Made by a program: the position numbers and the translations under genes. This document shows positions 1 to 11,976 of a stretch of 64,000 nucleotides of DNA, piece after piece (the first letter of the stretch is position 1; each line of letters starts with the position of its first letter). Under the pieces are notes generated by a model. That model was not told where the DNA came from. It made no database searches and worked only from the letters and a program-made list of their open reading frames with translations. The DNA is taken from NCBI RefSeq assembly GCF_009914755.1, contig NC_060932.1. The stretch is one strand, 5' to 3'. This DNA comes from the human T2T-CHM13v2.0 reference genome, Homo sapiens.

Positions 1-796
1 AGATACTGAGGAAAACACTAGCTTTCAAAATCACACACCCACACAATGTCATTGACTATGTGGAAGTCAGCATGCCTTGGGAGTTAGGCAATGTCTCAGT
101 CAGAGCTGAACTCAAAGAGGAAAACTTCCACAATTATAAGCCACAGTTCTGTAAGACTCTAATTTCTTCTATATCCCCCTTCAAGCTATGCCCACACCCA
201 CCACCATGGCATTCTCATGACAAGACGGCCCAAGTAAAAGGTTTCTTATATTATCTTATTCTGGAATATTTTTCCTCCATTTTCTAAGTTAAAAGCTCTA
301 ATGCATTCAGCACTGGCTGATGAAGACCCTGCTAGCTAAATTCTATATATCAGTGAGGAAAGGTCTCTATGAGAAAAGTTTTTAAAAATTCACCTAAAGC
401 ACTGGTTCTCAAACTCCAGTTCATAGACCATTGCATTAGAGTTTATAGCATACTTGTTAATACCACAGTTATTTATTTATTGGCAAACAGACAATTCCTA
501 TTTTGGGCAATAAGCCTGGCTTAACAGCAAGGACACAGCTGTGAAGATGGGAGGTTGAGAGGGCTGACTTGAGACACTGTTCATTGTTAATGAGTCAGTT
601 ATCCAAGAACTAGACTTTTTTGTTTGTTTGTTTGTTTGTTTGCCTAGAAGATCAAGTAAATCAGGATTTCCATGTTTGGAAACAACTGTTATAAGGCAAT
701 TAGTTGGAAACTATAAGAATAAAAGAAATCAGAGAAGAACAATTACAGAAATTCTAGTCATCCATAGCTATTGTGCCTTGAGAAATAATGAAAGAT

Positions 797-896
797 ACCT
801 GCTGGAGAAGGGGGTATTGGACAGGGACAAAAAAAAAACCTGCCGGAGAAGGGGGTATTGGACAGGGACAAAAAAAAAAAAAAAAAAAAAACCTGC
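797..896 (+). repeat. Tandem duplication of ACCTGC(T/C)GGAGAAGGGGGTATTGGACAGGGAC(A)n, two units plus a terminal ACCTGC
   Basis: Units at 797-837 and 838-890 differ by one base and by A-tract length; a third ACCTGC lies at 891-896. Confidence 0.95.
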
Positions 897-1942
897 TCTT
901 TCCATCTCAATTCACTCCAGTTTTATTTAAATAATATCTCTCTTTATGCTTATTATTAAGCCTCTGTTGCATGAGACATCTGAAACTTTAACTTACTAAT
1001 ATTCCTCAACATAAAGTGTTACATCTAAAATTGGAAATACCCCAAAATAAGCACACATTTGTTTCTTACCAAATTTGGTAAGTGAGGTATATTGTAACAG
1101 AATTCTAAAACACGTTGATTATTTTCATGACTTAAAAATAAAGACAACTGTTTACTTTGCATATAGGAATTTCCCCATGCAGGCAGTGTATTTTATCACA
1201 GAGGGTAAACATATGAGAGGTAAAATATTGAAAAAAAAAGTTGCTCCGAAATGTTTGGGGGAAAAAAGTAAGCTAGCAAAAGAGAAAACATTTTTTTTCT
1301 TTATGAGGAAATATCAAGGAGTGAAACAAGCAAGCAAACAAAAGAAGAAAAAGGGAAAATAAAACACAACTGCACACCCAGAGGGGCAAGAGACAGAAAA
1401 TCTATGTAGCCATAAATAAACACCTTGTCAGAGAATCTATACCAATCCAAAGAGGCCAATTTGGGAAGTGGCAGCAAAGTAGGGAAGGCTCAATCAAACC
1501 AGATATTGAAAAGAAAAAAGCAACCTATAAAAAAGATAGGAGGTATGCACTGACTCTTCTGTGAGAATGATTACACGTTGAATCTACTGGTTTTCATGTT
1601 TCCAGGGAGTTTTGATTTTTAGGGCTTGAGATGAAGTGAAACAAGGAAGTGCCTTTCCCTGTCCTATTAGAGCTCTAATTCCCCTTCAGAGCAACCAGAA
1701 ATCATCTCAGATTACCTCTTCCAGTTCACCCGCTGTCTTCATTTTCAGGCTAATCCCATATTTTTTATTTCCTGGCCTATTCTCCTCCATTCTCTCCTAT
1801 TGGGAGCTAGGCTGGTCAGACTGGAAAGAAAAGGCAGAAGGAAGGAAGTACTGGGACGAGAAGCAGAGAGGACTCTCTTACCCTCCAGGGAGGCACCCGC
1901 TATCTCCCTGTCACAAATGGTCACCTTTTGTTCACTTGTCTC

Positions 1943-2741
1943 TGTGTTGGCTAATTTTATGTGTCAACTTCACTGGGCTAAGGGATGCTCACATAACTAG
2001 AAAAACATTATTTCTGGATGTGTCTGTGAGGATGTTTCCAGAAGAGATTATCATTTGAATAGGTAGACTGAGTAAAGAAGACCCATGCCCACCAATGTAA
2101 ATGACCGTCTTCCAATCCATTGAGGGCCAGGTGAGAGCGAGAAGTCCAAGTAAGGGCAAATTCTCTGTCTCTCTTCTTGAGCTGGGACAGTCGTCTTCTT
2201 CTGCCCATAAGCATTTGGTTTCTGACTGAGAGTTACACATTGGCTCCTTTAGTTCTCAGGCTTACTACAGACTTGAAATGAATCACACCACTGGCTTTCC
2301 TTGTTCTCAAGGAATGCTTGCAAACAGTGTATCATGGGATTTCTCAGCCTCCATATTCACATGAGCCAACTTTTTTTTTTTTTTTGAGATGAAATCTCGC
2401 TCTGTCACCCAGACTGGAGGACAGTGGGGTGATCTCGGCTCACTGCAGCGGGTTCCAGCAATTCTCCTGCCTCAGCCTCCCAAGTAGCTAGGATTACAGG
2501 CATGCACCCCCAAGCCCATCAAATTTCTGTGTTTTTAGTAAAGGCAGGGTTTCACCATGTTGGCAAGGCTGGTCTTGATCTCTTGCCCTCAGGTGATCTG
2601 CCTGCCTCAGCCTCCCAAAGTGCTAGGATTACAGGTATAAGCCACTGCACCCAGCCGAGGCAACTCTTGTAATAAATCTTCTTTTATATATCTATGTATT
2701 GTCTATTGGTTCTGTGTCTCTGAAGAACCTTAACTAATACA
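1943..2741 (+). mobile_element. MLT2 (MLT2B-like) ERVL solo LTR, interrupted by an Alu
   Basis: Starts TGTGTTGGCTAATTTTATGTGTCAACTT and ends CTATTGGTTCTGTGTCTCTGAAGAACCTTAACTAATACA, the typical MLT2 termini. Confidence 0.85.
2371..2656 (-). mobile_element. AluS (Sx-like) with a short internal deletion
   Basis: PolyT followed by Alu reverse complement; TSD GAGCCAACT / GAGGCAACT. Confidence 0.93.
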
Positions 2742-3689
2742 GTCCATATCACTTCTAAAAGCAGAGACCATTCTGTGTAGTTGTCCACTTTATCCTAAGT
2801 CTTGAATAGGTAAATTTCAAATAATTTTACATTAAGAATTTTAAGAAAAGGTACTTTTAAAATCCTACCCAATAGCCAAACACCCCAAAGGTTTTGTGTT
2901 ATTTGACACTGTGGCAGAGCTCCCAGATCCAGTGGGAAGAGTACCAACTAGAGGAAAACCTTTCCCTACAATCTAACTATCCAGTTCCTCAGCGTCTCAG
3001 AGCTGGGTAAGCACTACATCAACAAGTGCTTGTCCAGACCCTACCATGATATATTAAAATCCTGGGTGGCATAAAATACCTGTCACATAGGATCAAAACC
3101 CTGAAAACTTTACAAAAAGTAGAAGAACAAGATGTGAACAAGAAACAATTAATGAACCATGCAGGATAATATATTCAATACATAATGGTGCAATTTAAGG
3201 GTTAAATTATGTGAAATAATTAGTGAATATACATGAATATGACAAGTACAATATACATAGAAAATACTTTCAAACCAAGTTAAAAAGAAAGGTAGAAGCT
3301 ATTAGATATTATTTAAATTCAGAAGATAATTATGGTGTTAAGAAAGGTTTAAGATAAAAATTCTGAGTGTTGTTATTAATACCAGAAGATTAAATAAACA
3401 GCTAAAGACAATTTCTAATTAGGTAAATTTCATTCGTATTTCTTAGAGAATATTAACCTTCTTAAGGTATTTTTATAAATTATAAACCTGAATATATAAG
3501 AATATTTTAAATTAGTAAGAGATAAGGTATTAATCACAGTTTAGTCTTCTCTTTAAAATCTAACAAATTTTAGCTATTTTCAAAATACTCTAATTTTGCT
3601 CAAAAATTTATCTAAACTATTTATTCACTCCTGAATAAAAATGCAATACAAATTAAAATTTATTTTTGTTATCAGAATAGAAGGCAGAT

Positions 3690-3960
3690 ATAATGGAAAA
3701 AAATTGTAATTACCCATAATACTCAGACCCAGCCATTATTAACAATTTGGAATATATTCTCTAGTCTAGTTTCTATATGATACTCATTTTATTTAAAAGG
3801 AATCATACTATATATGTTATTTTTGCCTGTTTTCTGTATCAATTTATCATAAATATCCAAAAATATATACTTAAGACCCATAAATTTTTAAGATTTTATG
3901 TTAAAACTTATTCACATAAATTTTTCCTTCAAATGTAATGTATTACTTAAGTGGTTCTAC
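3690..3960 (-). mobile_element. Old L1M (L1ME/MC-like) 3' fragment
   Basis: Motifs CCATTATTAACAATTTGGAATATATTC and GGAATCATACTATATATG resemble old L1 3' UTRs; boundaries approximate. Confidence 0.5.
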
Positions 3961-4094
3961 TTTTTCCTCTTCATTTACACTCCATAGTGCATACTTTTTT
4001 AACAGTTATAAAATCAAAATCAGTCAGAATTATCACACACTGGAGTCAAGTGTGGTGCAGAGAAGCAATACCAACCTCAAGTACCAAATCAGAG

Positions 4095-4250
4095 AATGGC
4101 CTGAGATGAGAGGTCACTAAATCTGAGTTCAGCTCTGGCTCTGCCACTGTGCACTTATGTCCACTTAGGCAAGTCACTGTCCACTTCAAGATCTATGGAT
4201 GAGACATTAAATGACCTCTGAAGTTCAATCCAGTCAGAGCTCAGATACTG
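4095..4250 (+). mobile_element. MIR fragment
   Basis: MIR core-like CTGAGTTCAGCTCTGGCTCTGCCACT...TTAGGCAAGTCACT. Confidence 0.6.
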
Positions 4251-4863
4251 ATATTCTAGAAATTAGAATACAAGTTGAGTTTAAACATGCAGTGTTAGTG
4301 GCTGGTCTCCTCAAATTTCATTGGCCTTGGTTTGAAGACTGTTTCCATTCTACAGGTTGCTGGAAGGGTTGAGTCCATAATGAAATCTATGCAAAAAATG
4401 GCTAAACAAAATTTTGGCCAGTGTTGTAGAACCTGCTCTTTCAGGGTTAAAAAAAAAAAAAAAATGGCTCTACTGGAGAATCTATTTTGGCTTTTAAAAC
4501 AATGTCAATCAAAACCACTATATTCTCCCATTTTCATATGAATGACTTTTCCTTTCTAAATACTTATGTTTGTCGTATTTTAAATATGCTAGAAGTTATT
4601 TTTAAACATAAACAAACACTGATGATATCTGCCTATGTTTTCCATTTTTAATATATAAATACAGACTACTCAGAAATGACATATGAATAATCAAAAAAAC
4701 TCCAGAAAACAATTACAAGGTTTTGCTTTCATCATCTGAGATCTAATTAAACAGATATTTGTACTTATACAACATGTTGTAATGTATTAGTAGATGCTAA
4801 CAAACAAAAATTATGTTATTATGCATTTAATTATAAATTGATAGTCTCATATAATTGGCCATC

Positions 4864-5051
4864 AGCACTGACCAACAGAACTTAGGTGATGGTGGAAATA
4901 TTTACTATCTGTGGTATTCAAACATAGCTACTATTGAGCACTTGAAATGTAGGTAATGCAAATGAAGGACTGGTTTTTAAAAGTTACTTAATTTTAATTA
5001 ATTTATATTTAAATAGCCACATGTGGTTAGTGGCTATCATATTTGACAGCA
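4864..5051. mobile_element. MER3 (hAT-Charlie) DNA transposon
   Basis: CAGCACTGACCAACAGAACT...TTGAGCACTTGAAATGT...AATAGCCACATGTGGTTAGTGGCTATCATATTTGACAGCA. Confidence 0.8.
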
Positions 5052-5061
5052 AGATATAGAC

Positions 5062-5159
5062 CAAGCTTGTCCAACCGCAGCCCTCAGGCTGCACACAGCC
5101 CAGAACAGCTTTGAATGCAGCCCAACACAAATTTGCAAACTTTCTTAAAACATTATGAG

Positions 5160-5200
<41 letters not shown>

Positions 5201-5300
5201 AGCTCATCAGCTATTGTTAGTGTTAGTGTATTTTGTATTTGGCCCAAGACAATTCTTCTTCCAATTGTGATCCAGGGAAGCCAAAAGATTGGACACCCTG
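5062..5300. mobile_element. MER30 (hAT-Charlie) containing a (TG)n microsatellite
   Basis: Termini CAAGCTTGTCCAACC and GATTGGACACCCTG; internal CAGCCCAACACAAATTTG. Confidence 0.85.
5161..5196 (+). repeat. (TG)18 microsatellite
   Basis: Read directly from the sequence. Confidence 0.97.
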
Positions 5301-6549
5301 AAATGGATCATATATGGAACAGAAAATTTAATTAAGTTCTATCTTTCCATAGAAAAATATTTATAAAACATCTGATGAACATGATATTTTTCCTTCCATA
5401 AGAATATAAAATGATCGAGTTAACTTTACGATTTATCTGAAAAAAAAATCATAGAAAAAGTTATTAAAGTATTAATTAGTTTTAGCTCCAGACAAAATAG
5501 TTCTCCATAAATTACAGTTTAAAAATATATGAACTTCTACTTTTGCTTTAAGGACTTTTTGTTAAAATAACAAAACCATGGCTTGCCCAAAAAAATCTTA
5601 GCAACTTAAAGTATACTCATTCTTTTCAGCCTCAGAGCATCTAAATTCAACTTATTTTTCTTTTTTCAAAGTATTTATATCTAAATATCAACATAAATAA
5701 TGATAAGCGATCAGGCAAGGTACTGAGGGTTTAAACTTCTCTTATTCATAATATGTTTATAATTAAAACAAATAGAATTAAGTACACTACTTGGGTTAAA
5801 ACAATAATTAAGAAAAAAGTAGGATTTAAACTTTTTTAAAAGTTAAAATTCCATGATTTTAAAGCTATTATAAACAGTAGCTTTCATAGATCTTTTAAAA
5901 TTTTAGTTAATTAAAATATTTGTTGACTTTCACTTGACAAATTTTAAAACTACATAAAAATATGCCCATGCTAATACACTTAAGGATACATGCAATGTAC
6001 CTCACAACACAGAACAAGCTGGAAAGCTGTCAAAATCTTCAAGAAAATAAACCACAAAAACTTACATGTTTTTAACAGTTAATTAATTGGAAGAAAACTG
6101 ACAGTTTTTGCCCCAGAACCAAAAGCCAGCATTCCTTTTGGAATGAAAGGTGGTCCTAGTGGGTGAGAGATGGGAAATGAGGGTGAAATCACACTACAGA
6201 AGCTGGGAAGAGTGGGGTGTTTATTCTCGGGTACTAGGGCCAGATGAAGATCTTTCTAGGTTTTAAAAGATTTAAGTGTCCCTGCTCACCCATTCACGTA
6301 ATTCAAAATAAAACAACATGGTAAAACACAAACTTTACAGGCCCATTGAAATTATAATTATTGATTATAAAATCCTGGAGAAGTTAACAAGGTTTCGATT
6401 TTTTTCACATTTTTGTGCTCTTGAAAACAGGCAGGTTGGGGTGGAGGGTTCCGATGACTAACACTTGATGACTTACCTAGTACCAGATAAAGATAGAGAC
6501 TAGCTCCTATACAAGAATGATTGAAGTACACCCCTGATAAAGTGATCTA

Positions 6550-8600
6550 AGGAAGCCTGGTACCAATCATAAAATACTGTGGTGATGTTAAAGAAAAGTT
6601 CCTAGGTTCAAAATTTGGCACAGAGAACAACCCATTCTCACAACCCTTGTGAGCAAGTTTAGACAGAAGGCCTATTAAATGTGAACTGAATGCCAAGCTC
6701 CAACCCCAGATATTTCCATCTGCTTAAGACCCAAGGAATCTTAATTTTATCTAGAGAGTAGACAAAATACAGTCTCATCTCCTGCTAAGACAAAGAAGAG
6801 GAGGGGAACTCAAAAGAGAATACCCTCGATTTAGGAACATAAAGGAAGATGATATTTCTTACATACAGAGTTTGGAGGATCCTGCTTCCTGCTTTGACAT
6901 GAGGCTTGCCCAGTATGCTATAAGAATATCATCACATTAGTCACAGAGCAAGTCTTTCAAGAAAGATGTTGAGTACACTTGGGACAGGACTATAGATAAG
7001 TTGTATGGCTGTTGTACCTGCTTGGTAATAAATATATATGAAGCTGCAGTTGGTGTTAGATTTTCTTTCATTGTGACTGACCATCTAGAGTGAGGCTTCA
7101 GGGTGGAAATACTTATACACTACTGTGGTCTATAAACACCAGATGCTAGCATATTCACCAAAAAGTAGCCAGGCATGGTGGCACATACCTATAGTCCCAG
7201 TTGCTGAGGAGGCTGAGGTGGGGGGATTGCTTGAGGCCAGAAGTTGGAGGCTAGAGCTGTAGCCTCCAACAGTTGGAAGCTGTAGTTGGCTACAATCAAC
7301 AACTGTGATTAGCCACTGCACTATGGCCTGAGCAACACAGCAAGACCCCACCTCTAAAACAACAACAAGATTCTGACATTCTCTGAATGAAGAAATTGAC
7401 TTGAGTGACTCACATTTTTATTTATCTATAATTTTAATTTTTATTAGTACCATAGTTGCACTTACCCATATTTTAAACAGAAATAGAAAAGACCTTTTTT
7501 GGTAGGAGGAAGAGCACGGAAGACAATAAGGGAGCAGAGAGCTGTTAACTCGTCTCTCTCTAAATTTTTATTGTGTGAAGGAGAAAGAAAGCCATAAATC
7601 TATTTAAAAACACATCTATGGCTACTATTACAGAAAACATAAGATGGGAGCAATTAAAATCCAATGCAGTTGAAGCGAGACTGCTGTCCCTACTGAGACA
7701 TTATCAGCTGAGCTTAACTATCTTAAGAGAAAGGACAGAAAAAAAGTGCTTTCATGTTTAGTACCTAAGTATTTGTCAAATACAGTAAGAGAAAAGAAGG
7801 GAAGATAATCATGCTAAATAAAAAAGTCCCAAAGATAAATAGTTGGAAAAACAGTAATTCTTCTTTTTGATCCCTCATCTGCCAACTCATTGCCAGGAGA
7901 GTTTAGCAAAGTTGATACCCTAAGAGAGAGCCACCTACTAAGAATAATATATAATGATAGATAGCAAATAGAAAGAAAATGCAGGAGAGGAAGAATTTAC
8001 ATCTTGTCCAAATTATAAAACATAAGGAGGAATATGTTCACAAGAGAAAAAAAAGTTAGATTTGCTTGACTAAACAGAATTTATACTATAGAAGCAGATA
8101 CTGTTATATTAATAAAAAGATAAAATTAGAATGCTAAAAGCGATTTCTCATGATACAAGTCTTGAGTGGTATTTAAGGCATTTTAGAGATCTGGTTAAAC
8201 GAGGGGAAGCCTCATAACTGTGTTGTGTACTTGCAGCCTGGCAAATAGTATGTCCATAGCTAACACATCCACTCTAATGACACAGAAATGAAATCATTCT
8301 GGAAACGAAAGACAGATTTAAGTGACTGGCTATGAGTTTAATCAATTGAATGAGTGCATCACGAGACACAAAACTCCATGAGAGTTACTATAGGTACCAC
8401 TTACTAAAAGGACTTGGCTAATCAATACATTAGAGAATACAGATATAGAACAATAATCTCTAGACACCCTAAAATTGGTAGAAGAATGTTCATAGGTAAC
8501 TAGCTTTACATTAGTCATTCTACAACTGGGTCCACTTTAGCAATTAGCAATAAGCTAACTAGAGAAGAGTTGTGGAGAATTACAAGCAAGTGAAAGGTCA
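6550..8600 (+). mobile_element. Possible highly decayed Gypsy-type pol remnant (RNase H and integrase motifs)
   Basis: MAVVPAW and GVRFSFIVTDHL (7052-7087) resemble the RNase H motifs LAVVWA and GxxFxxxTDH. YH..KGL (8395) and HSTTG (8516-8530) resemble integrase motifs. Order and spacing are plausible. Confidence 0.35.
7167..7368 (+). mobile_element. FAM (fossil Alu monomer) with an internal fold-back duplication
   Basis: Monomer carrying the FAM-specific segment CTGTGA(T)TAGCCACTGCAC...CTGAGCAACA; extra inverted segment at 7254-7270. Confidence 0.8.
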
Positions 8601-11030
8601 CAAAAGATAAAAATAATGGTGAGTAAAATGAAGCATTTTTAAGATGTTACTAGGAAACCTAATCTAAATTTCAACATTAAGCCACAAGGGGAAAACAAGT
8701 GGAGAGCAAGACTTGGAAATCGAGTTCCCCAAGGCAAAATAAATAAAACTAAAGATGGCATGAAATATTTCAATTTAAGAATGCTGTAGTCTCCTTAACA
8801 CACAGAGTCGATAGAGTATTCTGAAATGCATATCCCAGATAAAATCTCTTATGACATACAGGAACTTGAGTAATCACGTAATCAAATGAGTTTAATACCT
8901 AAAGTATGTTCTTATCAAATAAATAACTTCAAAATTTTTAAATGGCCAAATTTCAGTTCTAGCCATGACAGAAGAATGGGCATTGGATTACCATCTCACT
9001 TTGAACAATTAGAAATATGTGAATCAATCATTATTAAAAATTGGACACCAGACAATCCAAGGTCTGTGATTTTTTTACAGAAAGGATACAGATGAAATGA
9101 GGTGCAAAGTGCAGCATAGAAAAGTATCCTGGAAAAAAAGCAATAGTCTTGCTGGGTAGGGAAAAAAAAATACCAGAGTTAATGGCTGCTGAGGCATCAG
9201 AAACTTTTGGGGTTTGAAACCAGAGAAGAGCAAGCTATACAGAGAAAGATCTCCAGAAATCTGCAGAGATGTCTGAGATTTTGGTACAATATTAACTTGC
9301 GTCTATACAGGGCAAGACTTCATGAGGCATGGTAGAGAAGAGTTACTGGGGACTTGTACTGAATGGAGGCCCCAGAGATTACACAGTGCTGACAGATATT
9401 AATGTTCTGATTATCCAGAATGAGTGGCTTCACTGAACTCCACAAGCATTCAGTTACAAGTCTAGAAAGGCCCCACATTAAAAGTAGTATTACTTTGGCC
9501 TCAACAGCATAAAACCTACCAGCCAGTAAATTAGACAGCTGCTAGAACAAAACTCAATACTCTTTAATAAAGACCATGAAATATGGCTCTCAACAATGTA
9601 ACATCACAATATTCAGCATGTAATCAAAATTAGTGGACATGCAAAGAAGCAGAAAAATGTAATACATAGTGAAGAAAAATAAAGTATGTAAAAACACAAC
9701 CAATGATGACAAAAGTGTTGTAATTAACAAGTAAGGTATAAGAAATGTATTCAAATACTTAAATATATAGACATAATAAATAAGTGAACAAATAGGAAAC
9801 CTAAGCAGAAAAATAAAAATTTATAAAGAACAAAATTGAAATTCTATATCTAAAAATTTCTGAAATTAAAGAAAAAGACTAGATTTTTCTCAATAGCAGA
9901 ATGGACACTATGAAAGAAAAGACAGAGTAATAGAGTCTATCTATACAGAAGTATAGAAAAGAAAAAAAGAAAACATTGAGAAGTAAAACAAAATTCCAGT
10001 GACATCTGGGACAATAACAAGAGGACTACCATACATGTAATTGGAGTGCCAGAAAGAGTGAGACAGAGGTGCAGAAAAAATATTTGGGAAATTAAGTATT
10101 GAAAAAATTCCAAATTTGATATAAGCTATAAATGCACAAATCTGAGAAGCTCAACAAACCCCAAGTAAGATAAACACAAAGAAAACAGCAACAAGACCTA
10201 TTATAATCAAATTGCTGAAACCCAGTGATGAAAAAAATCTTAAAAGTAGCAAGGGGTGGGAGGTGGGGATCAGATTATATAGAAGGGAAAAATAAGAATA
10301 TCTGTTTACATCGTATCTGAAACAATGTTCAACAAAAGACAGTGGAATGGCAAATTTGAAGAGCTAAAAGAAAATAAATGTCAACCTAGACGTCTTTATC
10401 CACTAAAAGTATTTTTCAAAAATGAAGGTAGGATAATGACATTTTTCGGACAAATAAAACAGTGAATTTGTGGCCAGTACATTTGTACTTAAAGAAATGG
10501 TAGTGGAAGTTCCTCAGGTAGAAGGAAAATAACATCAGATGAAAAATCAGATACACACAATAGAATGAAGAGTACTAGAAATTCTAAGTACGTGGGCATA
10601 TATAGATGTCTTTTTCATTTTAAAATTTTCTTAAATAAAATTTGGCTCATCAATTACTAACTTAAAAAACGAATAACAATGTATCTTGAGAGTTGTAACA
10701 GATGTAGAAAATGTATAGTAACAATAGCACAATGAATAATTGAAGTGAAGTGGAAATTGTGGTAGGCCGAATTACAAAAATGGACCCGAAGATTTCCTGC
10801 CCTAATCCCCAAACAGGATTGTTAAAATGATAAGCTATCACAGCCATGATTATCTATGTTACCTGGCAAAAGATATTTTTTAGGTGTAGTTAAGTGTACT
10901 AAATTCATTGACCTTCAAATAGCGAGATTATCTGGATATGTTTAATATAATTACATTAGCCCCATAAAAGCAGAATTTTCTCAGACTTTCTCAGTAGAGG
11001 AATCCAAAGACATTTGAAGCATGAAAAACA

Positions 11031-11976
11031 TAGATGCTTCTTGACTCACAACAGGGTAACCTCTCTCTAAACCCATCCTAAATTGAAAACACTGTAAGTT
11101 TAGAGTGCATTTTAGAGTTACAGTATTTTCTTTTTGTTATTATTATTATACTTTAAGTTTTAGGGTACATGTGCACAAGGTGCAGCTTTGTTACATATGT
11201 ATACATGTGCCATGTTGGTGTGCTGCACCCATTAACTCATCATTTAGCATTAGGTATATCTCCTAATGCTATCCCTCCCCCCGCCCCCACCCCACAACAG
11301 TCCCCGGAGTGTGATGTTCCCCTTCCTGTGTCCATGTGTTCTCATTGTTCAATTCCCACCTATGAGTGAGAACATGTGGTGTTTGGTTTTTTGTCCTTGC
11401 GATAGTTTGCTGAGAATGATGATTTCCAGTTTCATCCATGTCCCTACAAAGGACATGAACTCATCATTTTTTATGGCTGCATAGTATTCCATGGTGTATA
11501 TGTGCCACATTTTCTTAATCCAGTCTATCATTGTTGGACATTTGGGTTGGTTCCAAGTCTTTGCTAGTGTGAATAGAGCCGCAATAAACATACGTGTGCA
11601 TGTGTCTTTATAGCATGATTTATAATCCTTTGGGTATATACCCAGTAATGGGATGGCTGGGTTAAATGGTATTTCTAGTTCTAGATCCCTGAGGAATCGC
11701 CACACTGACTTCCACAGGGGTTGAACTAGTTTACAGTCCCACCAACAGTGTAAAAGTGTTCCTATTTCTCCACATCCTCTCCAGCACCTGTTGTTTCCTG
11801 ACTTTTTAATGATTGCCATTCTAACTGGTGTGAGATGGTAGTATTTTCAATTTAGTATGGGTTTATGTGGATGTAATCCCATGTAAATCGTGGAGTGCAC
11901 TGAATGAATATCACTTTCACACCATTCTAGGGTTGCAAACTTTTAAGTCGAGCCATCATAATTCACGAACCATCTG
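11031..11976 (+). mobile_element. MER47/Tigger5-family DNA transposon, interrupted by an L1PA
   Basis: Left end TAGATGCTTCTTGACTCACAACAGGGTAACC...AAACCCATC; right part ATGGGTTTATG...TAAGTCGAGCCATCATAA...CATCTG. Confidence 0.7.
11131..11839 (-). mobile_element. 5'-truncated L1PA4/5-like element (ORF2 C-terminus plus 3' UTR)
   Basis: ORF 11349-11819 encodes the ORF2 C-terminus (...SLIGGN); TSD AGTATTTTC at 11122-11130 and 11840-11848. Confidence 0.93.
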
